DNA of 64,000 nucleotides from Alphaproteobacteria bacterium (GTDB lineage: Bacteria; Pseudomonadota; Alphaproteobacteria; RF32; CAG-239): the NCBI GenBank assembly GCA_045643605.1, contig JAZULC010000010.1:96573-160572 (forward strand), read 5' to 3'. The notes under the pieces were generated by a model, which saw only the letters and a program-made list of their open reading frames with translations, searched no databases and had not been told where the DNA came from. This document shows positions 1-9,810 of the stretch, piece after piece (positions within the stretch are counted from its first letter, which is position 1; each line of letters begins with the position of its first letter). The translations under genes were made by a program, and so were the position numbers.

Positions 1-361
1 TAGGGCGTGCCTCTAACCTATTAATACCGATAGGTTCTCCGGTTTCTTCACAATATCCGTAAGTTCCATCTTCTATTCTTTTTAAGGCTGCATCTATCTT
101 ATTTATCAATTTTCTTGCACGATCCTTTGTGCGTAAATCAATATTTTTATCTGTTTCTAAAGAAGCTCGGTCTATTTGATCCGGTTGATTTAAGCCTCCC
201 TGCCTTAAATCTTCAAGAGTATCTTCAGATTGTGAAAGCAAAGATTTTCTCCACGAGAGTAATTTCTGACGAAAATACTCTAATTGCATATCGTTCATAT
301 AATCTTCATCTTCCGAAGGTTTATAATCAGGTGACAAAGTTATTAAAGATTTTACTTTCAT
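1..361 (-). CDS. dksA: RNA polymerase-binding transcription factor DksA (C-terminal end truncated by window start)
   Basis: Reverse-strand translation from the ATG at 361 gives MKVKSLITLSPDYKPSEDEDYMNDMQLEYFRQKLLSWRKSLL...DRARKLINKIDAALKRIEDGTYGYCEETGEPIGINRLEARP. This matches the DksA coiled coil plus C4 zinc finger (GYCE..G..IG..RLEARP). The ORF has no stop before the window edge, so it is absent from the ORF track. Confidence 0.75.
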   Translation of the reverse strand, partial: MKVKSLITLSPDYKPSEDEDYMNDMQLEYFRQKLLSWRKSLLSQSEDTLEDLRQGGLNQPDQIDRASLETDKNIDLRTKDRARKLINKIDAALKRIEDGTYGYCEETGEPIGINRLEARP

Positions 362-448
362 TTCACAATCTCCTTATTAATCGTTATATACAAATATTAT
401 CTGCATATATAAACTTAAAATTCAATAAAAAAAATACTTATATACATT

Positions 449-1078
449 TTATTCAAAATAATATCTGATATTTGTGTCCTTTGTGCATAGGCTTGTAACG
501 CTTGTATAATTACTATCTTGTCCTAATTTTATAGGAGCAGTAAATGAGCAAAATGCCTCTTCGTCAGATTTTTTATAACATTGTTTTACAAAATTTGACA
601 GACCATTTTGTATCCAAGGCTGATAAGCTAAAGTAATACATACATTTTTCCATACTTCACTACCAGTAGCCCTAAATTCTATATAGTACATGTTTGTATT
701 GTCATCATCCAGACCAACATAAATATCACCTCCAAAAATATGGGAGCCGATTTTGTTTTCAGAAAAGCACTTCGATTCTATATTCTTACAGCAATCCGAT
801 GAGATTTCTGATGGTAATATTTCACACTCGTTTTCTAAAATTGTAATTAAATCACTATAATCAGCTTTTACCAAAAACCTTGAAGTAATAACTTTTTGTA
901 AATCTATTACCTGTTGAGAAATTCTGCCTAATTTATATCTATCCATAACTCTGTTGACTAACCTGTAAATGCTTACGGTAAGCATTCCTATAATTGCTAT
1001 TACCCCAATCATCTCAACCATTGATCGTCCGGAAATATTGCTGTTTTTTTGCAGGTTATTCATATTTTTTCTCCACAA
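449..1078 (-). CDS. prepilin-type N-terminal cleavage/methylation domain protein (type IV pilin-like)
   Basis: N-terminus ...QKNSNISGRSMVEMIGVIAIIGMLTVSIY has the class III signal (G|RSMVEM, Glu at +5, hydrophobic helix). It is a paralog of the 60523..60951 product. Confidence 0.55.
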   Translation of the reverse strand: MWRKNMNNLQKNSNISGRSMVEMIGVIAIIGMLTVSIYRLVNRVMDRYKLGRISQQVIDLQKVITSRFLVKADYSDLITILENECEILPSEISSDCCKNIESKCFSENKIGSHIFGGDIYVGLDDDNTNMYYIEFRATGSEVWKNVCITLAYQPWIQNGLSNFVKQCYKKSDEEAFCSFTAPIKLGQDSNYTSVTSLCTKDTNIRYYFE

Positions 1079-1198
1079 CAGTTAGCATATATTTGCTATA
1101 ATACATTTTTTGCACTTATACAACAAAAATATTTTACTTTGATTTTTTTATTTGTATATTATTTATATGTTTTATTGATAATAATTTAGAGGTTTGTA

Positions 1199-1738
1199 AT
1201 GAAAAAAATATTAGTACTCGGAATATTGTTTGTGTCTTTTAAATCATATGCGATTGAAAACACTTATCGCCCATATGTCGGTGTTGATTATAGTTATTCT
1301 ACTATAAATCAAAAATCTTTTCATTCATATTTACATTCAGGAACTTTTGCAGTTGGTTCGGAATATAATAAATATTTTAGTACCGAAGTTTTTTACCAGC
1401 GTTCTGCTCAAGAGAATCAACAGTATAATTCTGAAAAAATAAAATCTGTACTTTGGGGATATGGATTAGATATTTATGCTTATTTACCAATGTTTTGTTC
1501 ACAAAATTTTGCTCCTTATGCAACAACAGGTATAGGACATTATACACTTAAACGCAAAATTGACGGCGAAAGTCATAATGACCACAGTGGCTTTGCTTAT
1601 CGTTTTGGAGCAGGAATAATCTATCATTTCAGTGATAATATTATGTCTCGTATCGGATATAGATATATTAATTTTGATAAATTATCCGATATAGAACATT
1701 CTAACGAATTTATCATTTCTTTAAGATATAAACTATAA
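1199..1738 (+). CDS. outer membrane beta-barrel protein (Omp25/Hbp/OmpW-like small porin family)
   Basis: Signal peptide MKKILVLGILFVSFKSYA, alternating aromatic/hydrophilic beta-strand pattern, C-terminal aromatic-rich end. Paralogous to 53610..54158. Confidence 0.6.
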   Translation: MKKILVLGILFVSFKSYAIENTYRPYVGVDYSYSTINQKSFHSYLHSGTFAVGSEYNKYFSTEVFYQRSAQENQQYNSEKIKSVLWGYGLDIYAYLPMFCSQNFAPYATTGIGHYTLKRKIDGESHNDHSGFAYRFGAGIIYHFSDNIMSRIGYRYINFDKLSDIEHSNEFIISLRYKL

Positions 1739-1747
1739 GGAGCCGAT

Positions 1748-2209
1748 ATGAAACCTATTATACTATTTATTGCTTGTTTTATGATAATTTCTTGTTCTCC
1801 GACAGAAGATAATTCACAAAAAGAACAACAAACTTCTTCTGAAAACTTTATTGACCAGGAATATTCTTATAATTTAGAAAACCTAACTGAAGAATGCCTG
1901 TTAAACAGCCAAATTGCATGCACTATTGAGAATGCAGTAAAATGTGTCATAAATCCAAAATTGACAATGTGTGAAGCTCTTGGCTTGCCAAGTTTTGTTT
2001 TTCTTGATGATGAAAGTTTAAAACGTCCTACGGAACAATCTTTTAAAATTACTAAATTAAAACCTTTAACCAATGGTATGTTAGAAGTATATACATTAGG
2101 AAAATGTAATGGTAATTTATTTGGTCTGTGTAATGGCAATATTATCTATGTCCTTAAGCATAAAGATGACAATTCTTGGAAAATTTACGATATGTATGCC
2201 ATAGAATAA
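1748..2209 (+). CDS. hypothetical lipoprotein
   Basis: Lipobox MIISCS after a hydrophobic signal peptide. No recognisable domain. Confidence 0.45.
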   Translation: MKPIILFIACFMIISCSPTEDNSQKEQQTSSENFIDQEYSYNLENLTEECLLNSQIACTIENAVKCVINPKLTMCEALGLPSFVFLDDESLKRPTEQSFKITKLKPLTNGMLEVYTLGKCNGNLFGLCNGNIIYVLKHKDDNSWKIYDMYAIE

Positions 2210-2215
2210 AATATA

Positions 2216-2247
2216 TAAAAAACCTCTTTAAATTAAGAGGTTTTTCA
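2216..2247. terminator. bidirectional rho-independent terminator
   Basis: aacctcttTAAATTaagaggtt hairpin flanked by A/T runs, between convergent genes. Confidence 0.4.
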
Positions 2248-2256
2248 TTAATGTTT

Positions 2257-3129
2257 TTAATCTAATTTCCACATTTCACCCGTTCTTAAAAATTCCGGAA
2301 GCTCATCAAGGGAGGAAGCCCCAGCAGCTCCGGCATGCCCGCCACCGCCAAATTTTGCAGCTAAAACAGAACAATCTACTTTGGGATTTTCCGAATAAAA
2401 AGACAAGTTCCATTTCATTTGCTTATTCATATAAAACAGAACCATAACATCATATTTTTTTATATTTTCCAAAGAATCAAAAAATTCCGAATATCCGCGT
2501 GCCATATTTGCGCAAATACACGAAAAACCATCTAATGAAGATATAAAAGACATTCCTCTGGCTAATCTGAAATTACGGGATTTTATAAAATCTAAAATAG
2601 CCTGACCTTTTTCAACCATTGCATTAACATCAAATTTTTTAGATAATAATTTATCCCATACTGAGTCTTCCGGGCGATTTACTCCCAAAGATTGCACAGC
2701 ATATTCAAAAGGACGGACCTTTGGATTTCGCAAATCAAAAACATCGTTTAATCCTAATAATTCTACAACTTCAGGTGCGGGTTCGTTAGGATGATAATAT
2801 TGCCATGTGAGCATAATAGCAGCAGTTCCGACTTGCCTGATTCCGGGTATTTCATCATATTTTCCGGTTGCCATATATTCATTATATTTTTCAATTGCAG
2901 AAACGTGATGGTCAATCCATGTAATTTTTTTTGTTTTATTAAGTTCAAACATATAATCCATTGGCAAAGAAACATCACAAATTATAATTTCATCATTTTT
3001 GTTTATCAAATCATAAGGAATATCCATGTCATAATTATATCCCGAACAAAAAACTTTTGGCAGACTTCTTTTTACTATTGCTGCAGAACCTTTTCCATCG
3101 TGGTCTGCCATATGATATAAACAAAGCAT
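2257..3129 (-). CDS. nrnA: DHH/DHHA1 family phosphoesterase (NrnA-like oligoribonuclease/pAp phosphatase)
   Basis: Motifs HMADHDGKGS (motif I), ICDVS, IDHHVS (DHH) and the C-terminal GGGH of DHHA1. Confidence 0.7.
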   Translation of the reverse strand: MLCLYHMADHDGKGSAAIVKRSLPKVFCSGYNYDMDIPYDLINKNDEIIICDVSLPMDYMFELNKTKKITWIDHHVSAIEKYNEYMATGKYDEIPGIRQVGTAAIMLTWQYYHPNEPAPEVVELLGLNDVFDLRNPKVRPFEYAVQSLGVNRPEDSVWDKLLSKKFDVNAMVEKGQAILDFIKSRNFRLARGMSFISSLDGFSCICANMARGYSEFFDSLENIKKYDVMVLFYMNKQMKWNLSFYSENPKVDCSVLAAKFGGGGHAGAAGASSLDELPEFLRTGEMWKLD

Positions 3130-3132
3130 TTT

Positions 3133-3927
3133 CTATTTCTCCAAATTTATTTCAAATCCATCGTATGCAATTTCTACAAAATCAGGTGTTGATGAGCAAA
3201 GCGTATCATAATCACATTCTACTGCCATATGATTTATTATTATTTTTTCCGGTTTTATAATCTTTGCATAATTAATAATTTCTTCTAACCCCATATGAAA
3301 ACTTACTTTAGACGGACAGGTTAGAGGCATAATCATAATTTTGACATTACTGTTTTTTAGCTTATCAACTTCATAGTCAGCTATATTTTCACAATCAGAA
3401 ATAACAACTATTTCCCCATCATTAAAAACATATCCTGTTGATGGTTGATTATGACCCTCAAGTGAAATCGGCTCAATTTTTACATCGTTAATAAAAAATG
3501 GCTTATCACATTCAATAACATGAGGTATTATATAACCACGATTGCGCACCTGTGGTACATCGTGAGTGTTAGTCAGCATATAGCCAAAACGCTGTTGCAC
3601 ACATAATATATTATTTTCAGTTGCATAAAAATCTATTGCTTTTCCACAAACACGATTAACTTCTCTTAAGTCATCAAGGCCGTGTAAATGATCAGCATGC
3701 GCATGTGTTAATAGCACTGCATCTAAATTGAGAATATTATGTGTAAGAAGATGATGCCTTAAATCCGGTGAAGTATCTATTAAAATATTGGTATTTCCGT
3801 ATTCTATTTTTATACCGGCACGTAAACGACAATTTTTTGGATTGTTGGGATCACATTTTCCCCATCCTTTTGCTAAAGAAGGGACGCCCGGTGCAGCACC
3901 GGAACCCATTATAATCACTTTTGGCAT
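3133..3927 (-). CDS. MBL-fold metallo-hydrolase (PhnP-like)
   Basis: HAHADHLHG (HxHxDH) zinc-binding motif. Length 264 aa. Confidence 0.7.
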   Translation of the reverse strand: MPKVIIMGSGAAPGVPSLAKGWGKCDPNNPKNCRLRAGIKIEYGNTNILIDTSPDLRHHLLTHNILNLDAVLLTHAHADHLHGLDDLREVNRVCGKAIDFYATENNILCVQQRFGYMLTNTHDVPQVRNRGYIIPHVIECDKPFFINDVKIEPISLEGHNQPSTGYVFNDGEIVVISDCENIADYEVDKLKNSNVKIMIMPLTCPSKVSFHMGLEEIINYAKIIKPEKIIINHMAVECDYDTLCSSTPDFVEIAYDGFEINLEK

Positions 3928-4721
3928 CTTATGTTATATCTCCCTTTATCACTGGCTTTGCGGTATAATCTGAAAAAATTATCAGATGTAATTTGTGCAA
4001 GTTTTTCATATTCAATATTTTTTAATTGCGCTAAAACTTCTGCTGTATGAGTAATAAACGAAGGTTCATTTCTTCTTCCACGCAAAGGAACAGGAGCTAA
4101 AAATGGGGCATCAGTTTCAATCAATAATCTTTCAAGAGGAATGTCTGCAAAAATATCCCGTATTTCTTGGCTTTTATTGAATGTGATAATACCTGATGCT
4201 GATAAATAAAAACCTATAGATAGAGCAAAATCTGCTAATTTTTTTGAGGAAGAAAAACAATGAATTTCTCCCGAAAACGGAGCGTCTTCGTACATCTCCT
4301 TCAAAATAGCAATAGTATCATCATCAGCAGATCTTGTATGTATAATCAAAGGTAAATTAGTAGCTTGTGCGGCTTTAATTTGTTCAATAAAAATTTTTTG
4401 TTGTATGTCTTTGGTTTCATAATCATAATAATAATCCAGCCCGCATTCTCCTATACCTATAACCTTATCATTTTTTGTCTTTTCAATAAACGACTCTGCT
4501 TTAATATTTGTATATTCTAAAGCATTTTCAGGATGAACTCCGACAGCTGTATAAATAAACGGAAATCTTTCAGAAATTTCCAGTTGTTGATCTAACTCAT
4601 TAATATTATTACCGGCATTTAAAATAGTGGTAATTCCTGCTTCTTTTGCTCTGATTATTATATCTTCAAAATCTTCTTCAAAATCATTATAATCAAGATG
4701 ACAATGACTATCTACTAACAT
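3915..4721 (-). CDS. tatD: TatD family deoxyribonuclease/hydrolase
   Basis: MLVDSHCHLD... N-terminal motif, GECGLDYY, and overall TatD length. Confidence 0.85.
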   Translation of the reverse strand: MLVDSHCHLDYNDFEEDFEDIIIRAKEAGITTILNAGNNINELDQQLEISERFPFIYTAVGVHPENALEYTNIKAESFIEKTKNDKVIGIGECGLDYYYDYETKDIQQKIFIEQIKAAQATNLPLIIHTRSADDDTIAILKEMYEDAPFSGEIHCFSSSKKLADFALSIGFYLSASGIITFNKSQEIRDIFADIPLERLLIETDAPFLAPVPLRGRRNEPSFITHTAEVLAQLKNIEYEKLAQITSDNFFRLYRKASDKGRYNIRCQK

Positions 4722-4725
4722 GTTT

Positions 4726-5790
4726 TTATCCTATCGCGTTACATATTTTATATATTACGGTTAAAAGAACTTGTTTTTTATCCATATTAATTCTTGTGGC
4801 TTCTTCAAATATTTTAAGAATATCTTCCCAAACAGCAATTATTTTATCGGCATTTTCTCCATATTTTATATTTTCAGATAAAAGTCTTAAAATAATATCG
4901 CAACACAAATTATAACTTTGCTCATCACTTACAGCAATTTCAACAAATTGTAATAATTCATCAACTTTAAAATTTTTACCGGATAAAATAATTTTGCATA
5001 AACTATCATAATATTTTTTGATATCATTGTCCGCATACAACAATGCTTTGCCAATACTTCCATCACTGAATGAAGCTATGTTTTTTAAAATATTTTCCGG
5101 CAAATCGGGACGATATCTGCGCAATAAAGAAACTATATTATTGTTTTCTAAAGGATGTAAATCCAAACGCATACATCTTGATTTAATTGTCGGTAATAAC
5201 TGTTCAGGATTATGACTAATTAATATTAACATACTTTTTGCTGGTGGTTCTTCTAATATTTTCAAGAAGGCATTTGCGCTATTGATATTCATATCATCAA
5301 TACTATCAACAATAACTATTCTCCATTTATCATCATATGAAGTTTTTGCAAAAAACTCATTTATTGTACGCACTTCATCAATTTTGATTACGGCAGATTT
5401 TTTTAGTTCGGCTAAATCCTCATCTTGAAGAGCCTTTCCATCTTTAATAGCTTTGACAATCTTCTTTTTATCTTCCTCAGTATAATCTCGCTCAATAGTT
5501 TTTAAGTTATAACAGGAATCTTGCGTAATCTGACTAACAATTGGCTCCTTTTCACTATACTCAAGAGCCTCATATTCTGCTTTTTTGTTTTCATCGGCAG
5601 ACAACAAAAATTTTGCCATTTTATAAGCAAAAGTCGCCTTACCTATACCTTTTAATCCGCATAACAGCCAAGCATGATGCAGATTTGAACTTTTCCACGC
5701 CTGCAAAAAAATATTTTCGGCTTCATCATGACCAATCAGATAGTTATTGCTTCTCGGAGAGATAGTATATTTTGTTTGATCTGTACTCAA
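4726..5790 (-). CDS. holB: DNA polymerase III subunit delta'
   Basis: AAA+ clamp-loader motifs (HAWLLCGLKGIGKATFA, SRC-like SRCMRL). Position upstream of tmk is typical. Confidence 0.8.
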   Translation of the reverse strand: MSTDQTKYTISPRSNNYLIGHDEAENIFLQAWKSSNLHHAWLLCGLKGIGKATFAYKMAKFLLSADENKKAEYEALEYSEKEPIVSQITQDSCYNLKTIERDYTEEDKKKIVKAIKDGKALQDEDLAELKKSAVIKIDEVRTINEFFAKTSYDDKWRIVIVDSIDDMNINSANAFLKILEEPPAKSMLILISHNPEQLLPTIKSRCMRLDLHPLENNNIVSLLRRYRPDLPENILKNIASFSDGSIGKALLYADNDIKKYYDSLCKIILSGKNFKVDELLQFVEIAVSDEQSYNLCCDIILRLLSENIKYGENADKIIAVWEDILKIFEEATRINMDKKQVLLTVIYKICNAIG

Positions 5791-6437
5791 AAACTTTCCC
5801 CAAAACGTTGTGTTATAATTGTTTTAATCTCGTCATGTATTTCTTCAATACCTCTGTCAGCATTGATAACAACACATCTTTGAGGATTTTCTTTGGCAAT
5901 TTGCAAAAATCCTTGTCGGATATTTTCGTGAAAATGCAAATCCATATTTTCAAATCTTAATTCTTTTTCTTGCATCTTTTTTGCTTTTTCAAAAGATCGT
6001 TGCAATCCTTTTTTTGCATCAATATCAAGAATAATGGTTAAATCAGGCAAAAAATTACCAGCAACCAGATTATACATATTCATCAATAAATTTTTTTCTA
6101 TGCGACATTCATAACCATAGTATTGATAAGCAACAGTAGAATCGGCGAATCTATCACTTATAACCCATTTATTTTCGGCAAGCGCAGGCCAAACTTTTGA
6201 AGATAAATGAATTCTTCTATCAGCATAATAAAGAAGCATTTCACTTATACAATCCAATTTATCGGTGTTTCCTTGTACCAAAATTTTGCGCAATTCTTGC
6301 CCAATATCAGTACCTCCCGGTTCTTTGGTACATATCGCTTCAATAGATTTAGATTTCAACCACTCTACCAACAAACTTGACTGTACAGATTTGCCACACC
6401 CTTCGCCACCTTCAAATGTAATAAAATGAGCACTCAC
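5787..6437 (-). CDS. tmk: dTMP kinase
   Basis: FITFEGGEGCGKSVQ P-loop, DRF/DSTVAYQ motifs. Confidence 0.9.
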   Translation of the reverse strand: MSAHFITFEGGEGCGKSVQSSLLVEWLKSKSIEAICTKEPGGTDIGQELRKILVQGNTDKLDCISEMLLYYADRRIHLSSKVWPALAENKWVISDRFADSTVAYQYYGYECRIEKNLLMNMYNLVAGNFLPDLTIILDIDAKKGLQRSFEKAKKMQEKELRFENMDLHFHENIRQGFLQIAKENPQRCVVINADRGIEEIHDEIKTIITQRFGESF

Positions 6438-7576
6438 TATTTATCTCCGAAAATGATATATTTTACATTTGTTAAGAACTTTTCCAACATGCCGATTTTA
6501 TTTACAGACTTTTGAGCGACTAAAGGATATTTTTCAATATTTTTATTATATTCAACTATAAGTTCACCAACTTTATCACCTTTAGCAATCGGTGCAACTA
6601 TAGGCGTATCGTATGATAATTTAATTTTTATAGTTTTTGATTTATTTTTTTTCATAGTTTTAATAATTGTCTTACTGACACCGACAGGAACTTCTTTTTC
6701 TTCTCCATACCAAACGGCAATATTATCTAAAGCATCTGAAGCGTTAGCTATCTCATAATTATCAAACTCATAAAAGCCATAATTCATAAGATTGTTTGCT
6801 TCTTCGGAGCGTTCTTTATTACTTTTCATTCCGGCCATTACTTCTATCAATCTTCTGTCTTTGTATTTTGCAGAAGCAACTAAACTAAAGCCGGCTTCTT
6901 CCGTATGTCCGGTTTTCAATCCGTCTGCATTTTTCATAGTATACAACAAAGGATTACGGTTCCATTGTTTTATACCATTGTATGTAAACTCTTGTTGAGA
7001 AAAGATATGGTAAAATTCAGGAAAATCATTGATAATTAACATAGCTAATTTTGCCAAATCTTCTACAGACATTCTATGCTCCGGATGAGGCCATCCTGTT
7101 GCATTAGCAAAATGAGAATTTTCAAGATGTAATTCTTCGGCTTTTTTATTCATATCTTCTACAAAAGCCGTTTCACTGCCGGATAAATTTTCTGCAACAG
7201 TGATACAAGCATCATTCCCGGATTGAATAATAATGCCACGAATTAAATCTTCAACCTTAACTTTATCTCCAACATTTAAAAACATAGTAGAACTACCCGA
7301 AGCAACTCCACCTTTTTTCCAAGCGTTTTCACTAACATCAAATGTATCTTCCAATGAAACATCACCTTTTTTGAGAGCGTCAAACAATAAATAAATTGTC
7401 ATCAATTTACTCATAGATGCAGGAGGAATCATCTGATCATGATTTTTTACAAATAAATATTCTCCTGTTGAAGCGTCCATTAAAATAGCGTTTTTAGCTT
7501 CTGTTTCAAAAGAAAAAGATTGATTTGTAAACAAAATTGCACTCAACATTATATAAAAAATATAACTTTTTTTCAT
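6437..7576 (-). CDS. dacC: D-alanyl-D-alanine carboxypeptidase (PBP5/6 family)
   Basis: Signal peptide, SMSKLMT (SxxK), SGN and KTG motifs. Confidence 0.85.
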   Translation of the reverse strand: MKKSYIFYIMLSAILFTNQSFSFETEAKNAILMDASTGEYLFVKNHDQMIPPASMSKLMTIYLLFDALKKGDVSLEDTFDVSENAWKKGGVASGSSTMFLNVGDKVKVEDLIRGIIIQSGNDACITVAENLSGSETAFVEDMNKKAEELHLENSHFANATGWPHPEHRMSVEDLAKLAMLIINDFPEFYHIFSQQEFTYNGIKQWNRNPLLYTMKNADGLKTGHTEEAGFSLVASAKYKDRRLIEVMAGMKSNKERSEEANNLMNYGFYEFDNYEIANASDALDNIAVWYGEEKEVPVGVSKTIIKTMKKNKSKTIKIKLSYDTPIVAPIAKGDKVGELIVEYNKNIEKYPLVAQKSVNKIGMLEKFLTNVKYIIFGDK

Positions 7577-7580
7577 TTTT

Positions 7581-8456
7581 TTAGTCCTTCACCAGTTTTG
7601 CTTCATATATTCCGTATTTTTTTAATTTGTCAAGCATATCCATTGCGTCAGTTTCATCATAAAAAGGTCCGACTCTTACGCGATAAAATGTTGTATTGTT
7701 AATATCTATTGTGGAAATTCCGGCTGTACCAAACTCAGATAATGTATCTTTCAAATTTTTTGCTAACACATTTTGTGAAAATGATCCGGCTTGCACAAAA
7801 AATTGTTTTTTTGCTGTAGGTTTTTTTGGTGAAATATTTGTAATTTGCATAGGTTTTATAGGTTCTTGTTTTACCGGATTCATTAAATATTCATCAGGTA
7901 TTTTTTTGCCTAACAGAGCATTTTTTAACATCTTACTTTCTTTTTCTAGAATTTCTACTTTTACTTTAGTAATGCCTTTATCTTTATATCCAAGAAGTGT
8001 TGCTCCTCTCTTGGAAATATCAATAATTCTGTTTTTTGCATACGGACCTCTGTCATTTACTCTTAATATCAAAGAACGTCCATTTTCTAAATTTGTAACC
8101 CTCACAATAGATGGTAGAGGTAAAGTACGATGAGCTGCAGTTAATGTATTCATATCGTATTTTTCACCATTTGCAGTTTTTTTAGCATGAAATGCTTCTC
8201 CATACCAAGATGCCATACCTACTTCAGAATAGTTGTAATCTTCTTTGGGATAATACCATTTGCCTGAAATTTTATATGGATTTCCGACTTTATAAAAACC
8301 ACCTTGTTTTTTTATTCTTGTAATCTGTGCAGAATAACTTTCACCGCCATAAATTTCTGCCCCTTTATCTAAAACGCAAGAGGTTAACAATATTGATACC
8401 GCAAAGATAAATGCAAGTGATAAAAAAGTTGTACATATTTTCATTATTTTTTTCAT
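7581..8456 (-). CDS. rlpA: septal ring lytic transglycosylase RlpA family lipoprotein with C-terminal SPOR domain
   Basis: DPBB/RlpA core (MASWYGEAFHAKKTANGEKYD...LPLPS..RVTNLENGRS) and SPOR-like C-terminus. Lipoprotein start MKKIMKICTT at 8456 is preferred over the upstream in-frame ATG at 8552. Confidence 0.8.
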   Translation of the reverse strand: MKKIMKICTTFLSLAFIFAVSILLTSCVLDKGAEIYGGESYSAQITRIKKQGGFYKVGNPYKISGKWYYPKEDYNYSEVGMASWYGEAFHAKKTANGEKYDMNTLTAAHRTLPLPSIVRVTNLENGRSLILRVNDRGPYAKNRIIDISKRGATLLGYKDKGITKVKVEILEKESKMLKNALLGKKIPDEYLMNPVKQEPIKPMQITNISPKKPTAKKQFFVQAGSFSQNVLAKNLKDTLSEFGTAGISTIDINNTTFYRVRVGPFYDETDAMDMLDKLKKYGIYEAKLVKD

Positions 8457-8508
8457 TTCTCGGCGATAGTACAACATTTTTTTTCTTTCGTAAAGCATAA
8501 AAAAATTA

Positions 8509-9747
8509 TCAACTTTTTTGCTTTTTTGGAGGTAAAGGTCTGTAATTTTCATATTTTTTACGATTTTTAATGCGTTTTAATAAATTCCAATCCGGATAAC
8601 CATCTGCAGAAAGCTTATATTTTTTCTGTAAAGATTGTACAGCGTGTCTGGTTTCCGGTCCAAGTCTGCCGTCTAATCTGATTTGTTTTTTGAATACACG
8701 ATTATAAGCATTTTGAATATTTTTAATATCTTCTTTGGTGTTTTTATATACAAAGGTATCTATTTCCTGCCATTTTTTATCGGAAATAATATAATCCGCT
8801 AAAATCCCGACGGATAAAGCATAGTTAGATGAATGATTCCAACGAGTAATTACTTCAAAATTTTTAAATACTAAATATGCTATTCCCCGATTTCCTTCCG
8901 GCAAAAATAAATAAGATTCATCGTTTTTCATACTTTCCGGGATATTCGCCTTTATGCCGAGTTTTTGCCATTCTGCATATGTTTTTTTATTTTTATTTCC
9001 ACTGTTTGCATAATCAAAATTCCAAGGAATCTCTACTTCGGTTCCCCAAATTTTATCTTTTTGCCACCCTTCATAAATTAAATATTTATTGGCAGAGGCA
9101 AAAGCATCTGCTTCATCATTCCATAAATCTATTTTACCGTTGTTGTCGTAGTCTACGGCAAAATTGTTATAGGTAGAAGGCATAAATTGAAAATGTCCAA
9201 TACCTCCGTCCCATGAACTTTTAACTTCTTTAAAATCAAGATTATTGTCCTGAATTATTTTTAGAGCATAATATAACTCTTTTCTGAAATAATCTGTTCT
9301 GCGCCCATAAAAAGCCAGCATTGTTAATGACTTGATTAAATTAAAATTGCCCTTGTTTTTTCCAAAATTTGTCTCAAGCGACCAAAATGCAACTAAGTAG
9401 TGTAGAGGAACAACTGTTTCCATATTGTTATATTGTTTTTTTGCATACTCATATTTTTTTCTTGCCGCATTAACTCTTTCTTTTGTAACAATGCGGTTTA
9501 GATATTCGTAAGAAGTCGGAAGAAACTCTTGCATAGCTTTGTCTTTTTTTAAAACTTCCGGTCTTGATTCATAATAATCAACAGCATAAACCCTGTCAAA
9601 AAATTCCGCTTTGATACCTGATGAAATCATTTCTTTTCTTAAATTTTTTAGCCAATTTTCATATTCAACAGGTGCTGCAAACAACTTTACTGAACAGCAA
9701 AAAATTAACAATAAAAAAAATATAAATTTCTTAACTTTTAAGAGCAT
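8509..9747 (-). CDS. mltB: lytic murein transglycosylase (MltB family) with C-terminal peptidoglycan-binding domain
   Basis: Signal peptide, SLETNFG catalytic region of the MltB/Slt35 family, C-terminal PG-binding-like repeat. Confidence 0.8.
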   Translation of the reverse strand: MLLKVKKFIFFLLLIFCCSVKLFAAPVEYENWLKNLRKEMISSGIKAEFFDRVYAVDYYESRPEVLKKDKAMQEFLPTSYEYLNRIVTKERVNAARKKYEYAKKQYNNMETVVPLHYLVAFWSLETNFGKNKGNFNLIKSLTMLAFYGRRTDYFRKELYYALKIIQDNNLDFKEVKSSWDGGIGHFQFMPSTYNNFAVDYDNNGKIDLWNDEADAFASANKYLIYEGWQKDKIWGTEVEIPWNFDYANSGNKNKKTYAEWQKLGIKANIPESMKNDESYLFLPEGNRGIAYLVFKNFEVITRWNHSSNYALSVGILADYIISDKKWQEIDTFVYKNTKEDIKNIQNAYNRVFKKQIRLDGRLGPETRHAVQSLQKKYKLSADGYPDWNLLKRIKNRKKYENYRPLPPKKQKS

Positions 9748-9781
9748 ATTTATTTCATAAAAAACTATTATCTAAACACAA

Positions 9782-9806
9782 AAGAATCAGGGAATCCCTG
9801 ATTCTT
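9782..9806 (-). terminator. rho-independent terminator downstream of 9811..11538
   Basis: Perfect inverted repeat aagaatcaggg-aa-tccctgattctt followed by a T-run on the minus strand. Confidence 0.45.
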
Positions 9807-9810
9807 TAAA

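Noticed and set aside
115-468. 117-aa plus-strand ORF at the window start
   Set aside because: It lies antisense to a well-supported dksA reading frame on the minus strand. Low-complexity AT-rich translation.
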